Source of the DNA: Candidatus Pacearchaeota archaeon
GTDB taxonomy: Archaea > Nanobdellota > Nanobdellia > Pacearchaeales > GW2011-AR1
Length of the DNA: 64,000 nucleotides
Assembly (NCBI GenBank): GCA_049511795.1
Contig: JBEKXS010000001.1
Coordinates: 129,497-193,496, forward strand
Reading direction: 5' to 3'
Each line of letters opens with the position of its first letter. Position 1 is the first letter of the stretch. Under the pieces are notes generated by a model, which saw only the letters and a program-made list of their open reading frames with translations, did not search any database and was not told the origin of the DNA. This document shows, piece by piece, positions 1-8,647 of the stretch. Made by a program: the position numbers and the translations under genes.

Positions 1-2
1 TT

Positions 3-227
3 CCCTTAATTAAACCAGAAGAAATAGCAAATGCTGATAGACTTGAGAGGAGAATAGAAGTCCATCCAGGAGATCATGCAGGAATAATGCCATGCCTATT
101 TGGATATAGTGTTAATATACATGCTATAAGAGACGGACGTGATGTCTGGATTGGTGGCGAGACGCTTAATTCTAATAGTTTAAGAAAAATAATTGATAAA
201 AAACATAGCGAAGCTGCATCTGGTTGA
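3..227 (+). CDS. C-terminal fragment of an unidentified protein; the 5' end is cut by the window edge (...HPGDHAGIMPCLFGYSV...)
   Basis: Open frame entering from the window start and ending at TGA 225-227. No motif I can assign. Confidence 0.3.
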   Translation, partial: PLIKPEEIANADRLERRIEVHPGDHAGIMPCLFGYSVNIHAIRDGRDVWIGGETLNSNSLRKIIDKKHSEAASG

Positions 228-237
228 TAAAACAATT

Positions 238-3117
238 TTAAACCTTCAAGCTAATTATTTTTGAAATTCCTTCATGCATGCTGACGCCGTAAAGATTTGT
301 TGCCTTGGAAATGACTTCATCATTGTGTGTTATGACAATATACTGTCCTTTCTGCATGTATTTGTTAAGAAGACCGGCAAGACGTTCTGAATTTCTTTTG
401 TCAAGAGCTGCATCTATTTCATCAACAAGATAAAAATAATATGGCCTGTACTCCTGAATTGCGAAGATAAGGGAAAGTGCAACAAGTGTCTGCTCTCCGC
501 CTGAAAGGGATTTTACATCAAAGTATCTTCCATGGCCCGTTTTTACAGTTATCAAAACTCCAGCGCCTTCTGCAAATGGGTCTTGAGGATTTTCAAGCTC
601 AAGATAAACCTGGCCTTTTGTGCTAAGTTCTGAGAAATTTCTGGAAAAGAGTTCATTAAGCGTGTTTAATGTTTGCATGAAAACTTTCTTTTTCTTGACA
701 TCTATTTCATGAATGATTTTCATTATGCCTTCTTTTTCTTTCTCAATTATTTCTGCTTTTTCCTTTACAGCATCATATTCTTTCTTTATTGAATCGTAAA
801 CTTCAAGAGAACGGAGGTTTACTGTTCCGATGCTTGCAAATGTTTCCTGGTTGCGGGCAAGTCTTTCTGTCAAAAGATCGCGCGATGTTTTTATTATTTC
901 AATTTCACCGAAACCTGCAAGCTCTGTTTCAAGGTTTTCTGCTTCTGCGTCAATTCTTGCTTTTGTTATTTTGACTTCATTGATTTCTTGTTCTTCTGCG
1001 CGGATTTCTGTCTGCTTTTTTGAAATTTCCAGTTCTGTATCCCTGTTTTTCTTCTGAAGTGCATCGCGGTCTGAAATAAGCTTTTGGAATTTCTCGCTGA
1101 GTTTTTCTTCCTGAACTTTTTTCTTTTCTAGGATTTCTTCTTTTTCCATCAAAACATCTGTAAGGGAATTTATCTCTTCATTAATGTCTTCCTCATTTCT
1201 CAATACCTGTTTTATTGAAGCGCGCATCCTTTCTGCTTCCCGCTCCTTGAATTCAACTTCTGAATCAAGATTTTCTTTTGTCCTTGTTGAAATTTCCTGC
1301 AACTCAATCCTTAAGTTTTCGTATTTTTCATCAATGTTTGAATTGTTCCCAACTTCTTCTTCAAGATTCTTTCCTTTTTTAACAAGCTCTGCAATTTCCT
1401 TTTTCAAATCATCTGCCTTAATCTGCATTGTCTTTATCTGCTCTTTCTTTTCCTCTATTGAGAAAAGTTTTCCAATGTCAACTTCTGTTTTTGAAATATC
1501 AGAGGTTATTTGCTCTATATCTTTTGAAAGAAGCTGCTTTTTCTGGGAGATTTCCTTAAGCTCCTTGTCCATTGACTCAACTCTTTTTTTCAGGTTGTCA
1601 ATTATTGGAGCCATTTCTTTTTTTATCATTCCAAGATGCTCTTTTGTTATCTTGCTTTTGCAGACAGGGCAAATATCCATGCTTGAAATCTTCTCAAGCG
1701 TTTCTCTGTGATGCTCTATCTCTGATTCATTTGCATAAATTATTTTTTCAATCTCTGTTTCCCTTTTGAGGATGTTATTCATTGAATCTTGCTTTTCTGC
1801 AAGCTGGTGCCTTAATTCATCAAGCTTGTTTTGAGAAGAATGTTTGTCAGAAAGCGCTATTGAAATATTCTCTATCTGCCTTAAAAGAAAGTCAGACTCA
1901 TTTGTGTAATTCTGGAAAAGGGAATTCTTGTCTTCAAGCCTTTCCTTGGTGTTTTTTAATTCTGCCTTTGATGTATAGAATTTTTTCCTTAAACTTTCAA
2001 GTTTTTCAAGCTCAAGCTTCTTTTTTTCCATTTCTTTTGATTTTGTCGCAGAAGTAGGGGTTTCCTTTTTCAGATTTTTTACCGTTGCTTCAATTGAATC
2101 AAGAGATTCCTGAATTTCTTTTTTCTGGTGAAGAGATTCATTAAGCTTTGAATTGTAATTTTCCTTTCTCACATTCAGACCTGCAAGCTCTGCCCTTAAA
2201 TCTGCAATTTCCTGGTTAAGTTTCTCTTGTTCAAGTCCTGTTGATTCCTGAATCTGCCTATTTATCGCAGAAATTTTCAACTCTGTGTTTTTTATTTCTG
2301 TTTCAAAACCAACGATTGTTTTTCTAAATTTTTCAACAATCCTGTTCTTTTCTTCTATGTCTGAATTTATTACTTCTGCTTCTTTTTTCTTTTTTGACAA
2401 ATCATAAGAGATTATGCTTGCCTTGAGTTTCTTTATGTCTTCCTCTAATTTTTTGTATTTCAATGCCTGCTGCCTTTCTTTTTCAAGATTGTTAAGATAA
2501 GCTGTTCTTTCCCTCAAAATAGATGTTATTTCCTTAAGCCTTTCATCTGTTTTTTCAAGTTCGTGGATTGATTTTTCCTTTCTTGTTTCATAAACAGATA
2601 TTCCAGATACTTCCTCCAAAATTCCTCGCCTTTCTTCTGATTGCATTCTTACAAAATTTTGAATCTCACCCTGAAGAATTATATTAAATCCCTGTGGGTC
2701 AATTCCTGCCTGTGCCAGAAGGGAGAGAACTTCCTGTCTTGTTTTTGTTTCATCATTTATTTTGTAAATGCTCTGCCCGTTTTTCCTGAGAATTCTTTTT
2801 ATTGAGATTTCTTGTGTATCAAGAGAAAATGTTTTCTGCGAATTGTCAAAAAAGATTTCAACGCTTGCTTCTTTCGCCGGAGCGACAGACTTGCTTCCAA
2901 GGAAAATAAGATTTCCTGCGCGTGCAGCACGCAACGATTTCATGCTCATTCTTCCAAGAACAAAGCATATTGCGTCAGAAACATTGCTTTTTCCGCTTCC
3001 GTTCGGGCCTAGAATGACATTGATTCCGGGAGTAAATAATATTTCTGTCTTTTGGGGAAAACTTTTGAAACCGTGCATCACCAGCTTTTTGATATAAGAC
3101 ATATGAAAAGTAGACAA
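238..3117 (-). CDS. SMC-family chromosome-segregation ATPase with a CPVC zinc-hook-like motif in the middle of the coiled coil and no recognisable hinge domain
   Basis: N-terminal Walker A (GPNGSGKSN) with the SMC-type GFKS...LGRMSMKSLRAARAGNLIF context. C-terminal signature LSGGEQTLVALSLIFAIQEYRPYYFYLVDEIDAALD. Long heptad-rich centre containing DICPVCKSK. Confidence 0.7.
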   Translation of the reverse strand: MSTFHMSYIKKLVMHGFKSFPQKTEILFTPGINVILGPNGSGKSNVSDAICFVLGRMSMKSLRAARAGNLIFLGSKSVAPAKEASVEIFFDNSQKTFSLDTQEISIKRILRKNGQSIYKINDETKTRQEVLSLLAQAGIDPQGFNIILQGEIQNFVRMQSEERRGILEEVSGISVYETRKEKSIHELEKTDERLKEITSILRERTAYLNNLEKERQQALKYKKLEEDIKKLKASIISYDLSKKKKEAEVINSDIEEKNRIVEKFRKTIVGFETEIKNTELKISAINRQIQESTGLEQEKLNQEIADLRAELAGLNVRKENYNSKLNESLHQKKEIQESLDSIEATVKNLKKETPTSATKSKEMEKKKLELEKLESLRKKFYTSKAELKNTKERLEDKNSLFQNYTNESDFLLRQIENISIALSDKHSSQNKLDELRHQLAEKQDSMNNILKRETEIEKIIYANESEIEHHRETLEKISSMDICPVCKSKITKEHLGMIKKEMAPIIDNLKKRVESMDKELKEISQKKQLLSKDIEQITSDISKTEVDIGKLFSIEEKKEQIKTMQIKADDLKKEIAELVKKGKNLEEEVGNNSNIDEKYENLRIELQEISTRTKENLDSEVEFKEREAERMRASIKQVLRNEEDINEEINSLTDVLMEKEEILEKKKVQEEKLSEKFQKLISDRDALQKKNRDTELEISKKQTEIRAEEQEINEVKITKARIDAEAENLETELAGFGEIEIIKTSRDLLTERLARNQETFASIGTVNLRSLEVYDSIKKEYDAVKEKAEIIEKEKEGIMKIIHEIDVKKKKVFMQTLNTLNELFSRNFSELSTKGQVYLELENPQDPFAEGAGVLITVKTGHGRYFDVKSLSGGEQTLVALSLIFAIQEYRPYYFYLVDEIDAALDKRNSERLAGLLNKYMQKGQYIVITHNDEVISKATNLYGVSMHEGISKIISLKV

Positions 3118-3195
3118 GGCTTATTTTTAAAGATTATTTAGCGATAAATGAAATATATATTGTAGTAAATTAATATTTATAACTTTCATTTTCCC

Positions 3196-3456
3196 GTGTT
3201 TTTCATGGAATTAAAGGTTAAAAAGAGAAATGGGCACGAAGTTCACAGAGTCAATGGAACTGCAGAAATCAAGGAAGTTCTTGGAAGTGCTGATTTGTTT
3301 GAGCAGAAGAATCAAATAGTTCAGGTATGCTTTCGTGGAGAGCATTGTTCTGGAATATTTGAGCTTTCAGGAGACGAAGCAAAGGGGCTTTCAAAAGAAT
3401 TGAACAGAGTTACTAAAGCAGGAAACAAGTTCAAGATAATGAAATTAAGAGAATAA
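3196..3456 (+). CDS. hypothetical small protein (86 aa)
   Basis: ORF in the SMC/rnhB intergenic region with non-repetitive composition and typical codon usage. Overlaps the rnhB 3' end by 12 nt. No recognisable domain. Confidence 0.3.
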   Translation: MFFMELKVKKRNGHEVHRVNGTAEIKEVLGSADLFEQKNQIVQVCFRGEHCSGIFELSGDEAKGLSKELNRVTKAGNKFKIMKLRE

Positions 3457-4119
3457 CTTTTTCTGATTTGAATCAGAGTGCGCTTTTTTCCAAGTGCTCC
3501 AACTTTTTCTGAAAATGCCGTGGTCATCAAGTTTTTTTAAGTTTTTTTTCAGGAATTTTTTTGTCTTTGGGTCAGATGCATAACCTGAGCCAATAGCTGG
3601 TCCATATTTTCCCTTCAAGATATCCATCTCGCGCTCTCTTTCCTCTTTTGCAAGTATTGAAGCTGCAGAAACCGCAACATGATTTACATCTGCCTTGTGC
3701 TCGCATGAAATTTCAAGGTTTGAGAGATTGTCTATATACGTTTTTACTGTTTCTGTCCATGATGTCCTGTTTGTTGAGGGGCAATCAATAACAACTTTCA
3801 TTTTTCCAGAGCCCTTGTTTATTTCATTAATAATCTGGGCAGCCATGTGGGCTTCAAGGTCATTTAAGTTAATACCGTCTTTGTTTTTTCCATCAATTTC
3901 TGATGCTTGTGTCTTCACGACAAAGAATGCTTCTGCTTTTTCCTTGATTGCTGTTTCCAAAAAAGCACGCCTTGTTTTTGAAAGTTGCTTGCTGTCCCGA
4001 ACCCCGAGCCTCTTCAGCTCTTTTTCTGCTTCAGCTTTTATTAGGCAACCGGCAAGAATCATTGGACCAATTACAGGACCTCTTCCTGCATCATCAATAC
4101 CTAAAATAAGTTCCGGCAT
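3445..4119 (-). CDS. rnhB: ribonuclease HII
   Basis: N-terminal LGIDDAGRGPVIGPMILAG matches the RNase HII catalytic motif (GIDEAGRGP). Length 224 aa is typical. Confidence 0.85.
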   Translation of the reverse strand: MPELILGIDDAGRGPVIGPMILAGCLIKAEAEKELKRLGVRDSKQLSKTRRAFLETAIKEKAEAFFVVKTQASEIDGKNKDGINLNDLEAHMAAQIINEINKGSGKMKVVIDCPSTNRTSWTETVKTYIDNLSNLEISCEHKADVNHVAVSAASILAKEEREREMDILKGKYGPAIGSGYASDPKTKKFLKKNLKKLDDHGIFRKSWSTWKKAHSDSNQKKLFS

Positions 4120-4227
4120 TCAAGGGAAAAATTGTTTTTGTTTTTAAGCATTTATAACTTCTTTAGGATGATTAAGTTTAGTTTTATTTCAAAAAGTTTA
4201 TAAGTGTTCTGCAGGTTGTTTTTGGAT

Positions 4228-4303
4228 AGCGGGGTAGAGGAGCCTGGAGTCCTCGCAGGGCCCATAACCCTGAGATCGCGTGGTTCAAATCCCGCCCCCG
4301 CTA
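4228..4303 (+). tRNA. tRNA-Met, initiator type (anticodon CAT)
   Basis: Acceptor AGCGGGG/CCCCGCT with an A1:U72 pair and an A73 discriminator. Anticodon stem CAGGG/CCCTG has three G-C pairs next to the loop CCCATAA, which is the archaeal initiator signature. T-loop TTCAAAT. The T-stem closes only if one T is bulged (GCG[T]GG / CCCGC). Confidence 0.7.
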
Positions 4304-4353
4304 TTTTTTTATAAAAAACCTTATAAGTGCTAAATAATTCAAAATTTCAATAT

Positions 4354-4434
4354 GCCACAGTCGCATAGCGGTATTGCAGCGGATTGCTAATCCGCGCCCT
4401 TCGGGGCTCCCAGGTTCGATTCCTGGCTGTGGCG
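4354..4434 (+). tRNA. tRNA-Ser (anticodon GCT)
   Basis: Acceptor GCCACAG/CTGTGGC, anticodon stem GCGGA/TCCGC with loop TTGCTAA. Long variable arm GCCC-TTCG-GGGC. T-arm CCAGG-TTCGATT-CCTGG. Discriminator G73. Confidence 0.85.
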
Positions 4435-4442
4435 TTTTCAAC

Positions 4443-4991
4443 ATGCCTGAAATTTACCAGCCAGAAGAAGATTCTTATTTGATGTCTGAGAAAATAGCAG
4501 AGGAAATCTCAAATATATTAAGCAAAAATAAAAATCCAATTTTTTTGGAAATAGGCTGTGGTTCTGGAATAAATTTGCGGGTTGCACTTGATTCTGGAAT
4601 AAAAAAACAAAATATTCTTGGCACAGACATTAATGAAGAAGCTGTCAGGCATTGTAAAAGTTTAGGATTTAATTGCATATTATCTGATTTGTTTGACAAG
4701 ATCAAGGGAAAATTTGACATAATTGTTTTCAATCCCCCATATTTGCCGTTGGACAAAAATGAGCCAGAAGAATCAAGGCAGGAAACAACAGGTGGAAAAA
4801 AAGGAAATGAAATAATTATTAAATTTCTGAACCAGGCAAAGAAATATTTAGCAAAAGAAGGGGAAATTCTGATAATAACCAGTAGTTTATCTCAAGATGT
4901 TGATTTCAAGAAGTTAGGTTATAGAGCTGCTGAGTTAGCAGATAAAAAATTATTCTTTGAAAAAATAATTATCTGGAGGTTAGAGATATAA
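4443..4991 (+). CDS. class I SAM-dependent methyltransferase, HemK/Mtq2-like (NPPY motif)
   Basis: SAM-binding motif LEIGCGSGI and the amino-MTase motif VFNPPYLP. The track ORF start at 4374 overlaps tRNA-Ser, so the start was moved to the in-frame ATG at 4443 (MPEIYQPEE). Confidence 0.7.
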   Translation: MPEIYQPEEDSYLMSEKIAEEISNILSKNKNPIFLEIGCGSGINLRVALDSGIKKQNILGTDINEEAVRHCKSLGFNCILSDLFDKIKGKFDIIVFNPPYLPLDKNEPEESRQETTGGKKGNEIIIKFLNQAKKYLAKEGEILIITSSLSQDVDFKKLGYRAAELADKKLFFEKIIIWRLEI

Positions 4992-4993
4992 AA

Positions 4994-5587
4994 TTAATCC
5001 AAGGCAACAAACTTATCCCTGCCTGTCTGTTTTGCCTTGTAAAGAGCTTGGTCAACACGCTCTTTTATTTTTTTCTCTGAGTCATCTCTTCTGTATTCTG
5101 TTAAACCGCCAGAAACAGTCAAGCCATATTTCTTGAATATAGTATCTGATTTTATTGCGTCTCTAAGCCTTGAAGTTATCGTTTTTGCTTTTTCAAGATC
5201 TGTTTGTGGAAGGAGAATCATAAACTCTTCTCCACCAAATCTTGCAATGACATCAGGAGTTCTTAGCTGGTTCACAAGCATTTTTGAAAGCCTTACAAGA
5301 AATTCATCTGCTTTCATATGCCCGTATTTGTCATTTATTTTTTTGAAGAAGTCAACATCTATCATGAAAAGAGAAAGATGTTCCTGATTTCTCCTTGCCT
5401 TCTCTATTTCCATGTTAAAAACATTGTCAAAGAACTTCATGTTATACAATCCGGTTTTTTCGTCATGAGTTGCAATTTCATAAAGCCAAGAAACATATTT
5501 TTTATCAGAAGGCTTAACGCTTTTGAAGAGTTTTTCTATTTTTTCCCTGAAATCTTTTCCAAATGCTGCTTTCTTACTCATTAGCAA
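4994..5587 (-). CDS. GGDEF-domain protein (putative diguanylate cyclase with a GGEEF active-site variant); short N-terminal region, no sensor domain
   Basis: Near-full GGDEF consensus: DEKTGLYN, IDVDFFKKINDKYGH, ARFGGEEFMILLP, QALYKAKQTGRDK. Confidence 0.75.
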   Translation of the reverse strand: MLMSKKAAFGKDFREKIEKLFKSVKPSDKKYVSWLYEIATHDEKTGLYNMKFFDNVFNMEIEKARRNQEHLSLFMIDVDFFKKINDKYGHMKADEFLVRLSKMLVNQLRTPDVIARFGGEEFMILLPQTDLEKAKTITSRLRDAIKSDTIFKKYGLTVSGGLTEYRRDDSEKKIKERVDQALYKAKQTGRDKFVALD

Positions 5588-5654
5588 TTTAACAATTTTT
5601 ATTTAATAAAGCTTTCTTATTAAGATTTATAAATGATTTCTCCCTGTATAAATT

Positions 5655-6131
5655 ATGTACAATTGGTCTGGTCAAATGATGAATGGAAGCTGGAATAATT
5701 GGATGAATGTCACAAATTACAGGGATTTTATACTAGGAGGAAGCTTAGGGGCATTAATTGCTGCATTGTTTATATTCGCTGTAATATTCTTCATTGCTTT
5801 ATACATTTATTTTGCACTTGCATGGAGAGCAATAGCAAGAAAAAGAGGATACAAGCATCCATGGCTTGCATGGGTTCCTGTTGCAAACATAGCAATGTGG
5901 CTTCAAATGGGTGGATTTTCATGGGCATGGATTTTCCTTATGATTATTCCTATAGCAGGATGGATTGCAGTCTTTGTTTTATTCTTAATATCAACATGGA
6001 AAGTCTTTGAGAAATTGAAATATCCAGGGTGGCTTGGTCTTTCGCCTCTTCTGAGTGTTTTGGGTCATGGATTCGGATTCCTTGCATATGGAATTATAAT
6101 AGGAATAGTTGCTTGGAAGAAGAAAAGATAA
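5655..6131 (+). CDS. hypothetical integral membrane protein (3-4 predicted TM helices)
   Basis: Hydrophobic segments flanked by a basic patch (ARKRGYKHPWLAW). No assignable family. Confidence 0.5.
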   Translation: MYNWSGQMMNGSWNNWMNVTNYRDFILGGSLGALIAALFIFAVIFFIALYIYFALAWRAIARKRGYKHPWLAWVPVANIAMWLQMGGFSWAWIFLMIIPIAGWIAVFVLFLISTWKVFEKLKYPGWLGLSPLLSVLGHGFGFLAYGIIIGIVAWKKKR

Positions 6132-6145
6132 TAAGCAATAAAAAA

Positions 6146-6943
6146 TTATTCTTTAACTATATCGCTCGTCTTTTTGTAATTAACATAAAGCTTGTCAAGA
6201 ATGTTTGTAATTTCCTGCCTTTGTTCTGAAGTTCCAAGGCCTTTCCAATCAAGCAAGACCCAGTCGAGCTCTTCTTCTGTTTTCTCGATTGCTTCTTTAA
6301 TCATTTCTTCTGTAAGAGGAAAAACATATTGCGGAATCACATGAGAGATTGCCATGTTTGATTTTGCCTGAATCTTGTTGAAGCCTGGGCAGTAATGGCC
6401 TCCACCTATTGCAATTGCAATTTCCCTGTAAGGATTTTCCTTGAAATCGGAAATTGCTTCTGAAATTGTTCTTGCAACAACGAACGCTGCTTTTGTATCA
6501 TTCCATTCTGTTTCAGACGGACCTACTTCAATGAATATGCATGGCTTCTCAATTAACGGGCCGTGATGAGTTGCCTCCATTGTAACTTGATAATCATCAA
6601 GATTGAATTTCTTTGCATTTGCATTCAATTTCTCAAAAAGAAACTTGGAGAACAAAGCAGAAGATTTGCAGACTTTGTTTTTTTCGCCGCCATATTCTGC
6701 CAAACGCCAATTTCCTGGAGCATGGACAGAAAGCGTTTTTTGCTTGCTTTCTGACTTGTGCTTTGATGCAAAAATTATGAAGTCATACTGGCTTATTTTT
6801 TCAAGGTCAATATTTTCAGTGTGAATTACATCCTTGTCGCAAAGATAGAACTTGAACTGCCCAAACTGGCTCAACTGGGTTGTTATTTTTATGCCTGCCT
6901 TGTCAAGCTTGCTCGCCACGACTAAAATCTTTGGATATGGCAT
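6146..6943 (-). CDS. dtdA: D-aminoacyl-tRNA deacylase, archaeal type
   Basis: Motifs HAPGNWRLAEYGG, MEATHHGP, FIEVGPSETEW, IGGGHYCPG and LDWKG align with archaeal DtdA (tRNA_deacylase family) as I recall it from Pyrococcus. Confidence 0.8.
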   Translation of the reverse strand: MPYPKILVVASKLDKAGIKITTQLSQFGQFKFYLCDKDVIHTENIDLEKISQYDFIIFASKHKSESKQKTLSVHAPGNWRLAEYGGEKNKVCKSSALFSKFLFEKLNANAKKFNLDDYQVTMEATHHGPLIEKPCIFIEVGPSETEWNDTKAAFVVARTISEAISDFKENPYREIAIAIGGGHYCPGFNKIQAKSNMAISHVIPQYVFPLTEEMIKEAIEKTEEELDWVLLDWKGLGTSEQRQEITNILDKLYVNYKKTSDIVKE

Positions 6944-6979
6944 GCTTAATTATAAAAACCATCTTTCTTAAATATTATT

Positions 6980-7225
6980 ATGCAGGAAATCATCAAATGG
7001 CTTATAGGAATTGTTGTCCTTTTGCTAGGTATTCCTCTGGGAAACTGGCTCGCAAAAACGACAAAAGAAGAGCTCAAGGCAGGAAAAAAATGGTTTAGGC
7101 GACTTGTCATTGTTTGCCTTGTCGGAATGCTTGCGGGACTTGTAATTGGAAATGATGTTTTGATTTTCACATTTGCTTTTATAGCAATTGTTACAAGCAG
7201 GAGTTTAGGAGGCCTGAAGAAATAA
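6980..7225 (+). CDS. hypothetical small membrane protein (81 aa, 2 TM)
   Basis: ORF with two hydrophobic helices. Its stop sits 1 nt before the dph5 start. Confidence 0.4.
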   Translation: MQEIIKWLIGIVVLLLGIPLGNWLAKTTKEELKAGKKWFRRLVIVCLVGMLAGLVIGNDVLIFTFAFIAIVTSRSLGGLKK

Positions 7226-7226
7226 A

Positions 7227-7946
7227 ATGTTATATCTGATTGGTCTTGGATTAAACATCAAGGGCATAACAAAAGAAGGGCTTGAAATCGCAAAAAGGTG
7301 CAAAAAAGTTTATCTTGAAAATTATACAGTTGAATTGCCCTACACTACAGAAGATGTTTCAGATTTAGTTGGGAAAAAGGTTTTTTTGGCAGACAGAAAA
7401 TTCATAGAGAGTCTTGAAATAGTTGATGAATCAGAAAGGACAGACATTGCTTTGCTGATTTATGGAAGCCCACTAACTGCAACAACCCACATAGCATTGC
7501 TTGAAGAAGCAAAAAAAAGTGAAATCCCCACGAAAGTTATTTACAGTTCCTCTGTATTTGATGCTGTTGCAGAAACAGGATTACAATTATACAAATTCGG
7601 GAAAATAGCAAGCATGCCTAAATGGCAGAAGAATTTCGAGCCAGATAGTTTTATTGAAATAATCCAGCACAATCTTTCAATGAAAGCGCATAGCCTAATT
7701 CTTGTTGATATCGGATTGCGTTTTCGCGATGCTTTGAAAGAACTTGAAGATGCAATGAAGAAAAACAATCTTGAAATAGGAAATATAGTTCTCTGCCAGG
7801 CATTGGGAACAGATAGGCAAAGAATTGTTTATGGAAAATTCAGCGAGGTTTGGAGTTTAAGAGGTGTTGCTACTCCATTCTGCTTCATAATTCCGTCAAA
7901 GCTGCATTTCATGGAAGCAGAAGTTCTGGAAAATTTTAAGTATTAA
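7227..7946 (+). CDS. dph5: diphthine synthase (tetrapyrrole-methylase fold)
   Basis: N-terminal MLYLIGLGL and overall similarity to archaeal Dph5. 239 aa. Confidence 0.8.
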   Translation: MLYLIGLGLNIKGITKEGLEIAKRCKKVYLENYTVELPYTTEDVSDLVGKKVFLADRKFIESLEIVDESERTDIALLIYGSPLTATTHIALLEEAKKSEIPTKVIYSSSVFDAVAETGLQLYKFGKIASMPKWQKNFEPDSFIEIIQHNLSMKAHSLILVDIGLRFRDALKELEDAMKKNNLEIGNIVLCQALGTDRQRIVYGKFSEVWSLRGVATPFCFIIPSKLHFMEAEVLENFKY

Positions 7947-7963
7947 GTTTTCTATAATAAATC

Positions 7964-8614
7964 ATGTTTGAATTAAATGAAAAAGAGATGAAAATTTTGA
8001 AAGATTTGGATACACCGAAAAAAATTCAGGATTTTCTTAACAAAATTCCAATAAATTTCGAAGAAAAAGGAGATACATGCATGTCTCCAATAATGGTTTT
8101 GAAAAATAACAAGGCACACTGCATTGAAGGAGCAATGTTAGCTGCACTCGCTTTAAGATTGCATGGAGAAAAACCACTTGTTGTTGATTTAACTGCAGCA
8201 GACAGAGATTTCGACCATGTCATTTGTGTTTTCAAGAAAAATGGCAAATGGGGAGCAATAGGAAAAACAAATCATGCTGTTTTAAGATACAGGGAGCCAA
8301 TTTACAAAGACATTCGTGAGTTAGTTATGAGCTTTTTTCATGAATATTTCGATGATAATGGAAGAAAAAACCTCAGGTCTTATTCTGCACCTGTTGACCT
8401 TTCTAAATTTGACAAAATAAACTGGGTCACAAGAGAAGATGATGTTTGGGAAATACCTGATTATCTTGCAAAAATCAAACACTATAACATTCTTAACAGA
8501 AAGCAAATAGCAGGTCTGCGAAAAGCCGATGAAATTGAGATAGAAGCAGGAAAACTGACAGAGTGGAAGCAGTTTGGAAGGCATGATGAGCTACCTGAAC
8601 CTGAGAGAAAATAG
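7964..8614 (+). CDS. hypothetical protein with a transglutaminase-like (papain-fold) Cys-His-Asp core
   Basis: KAHCIEGAMLAALALRLHG resembles the TGase-like catalytic Cys helix. Downstream DHVICVF...D could supply the His and Asp. This is pattern-level only. Confidence 0.35.
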   Translation: MFELNEKEMKILKDLDTPKKIQDFLNKIPINFEEKGDTCMSPIMVLKNNKAHCIEGAMLAALALRLHGEKPLVVDLTAADRDFDHVICVFKKNGKWGAIGKTNHAVLRYREPIYKDIRELVMSFFHEYFDDNGRKNLRSYSAPVDLSKFDKINWVTREDDVWEIPDYLAKIKHYNILNRKQIAGLRKADEIEIEAGKLTEWKQFGRHDELPEPERK

Positions 8615-8647
8615 AGTAAGTGAATAGTTTAAAAATATTAAATTCTA

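Noticed and set aside
789-3097. Several 60-110-aa plus-strand ORFs (789, 830, 1184, 1572, 1782, 2768, 2812) inside the SMC gene
   Set aside because: They are antisense to a well-supported 959-aa CDS. The translations are Ser/Phe/Leu-rich low-complexity reading of the complement of a Lys/Glu-rich gene.
4374-4442. Upstream extension of the methyltransferase ORF (MQRIANPRPSGLPGSIPGCGVFN...)
   Set aside because: This segment is the tRNA-Ser gene read as protein. The true start is the ATG at 4443.
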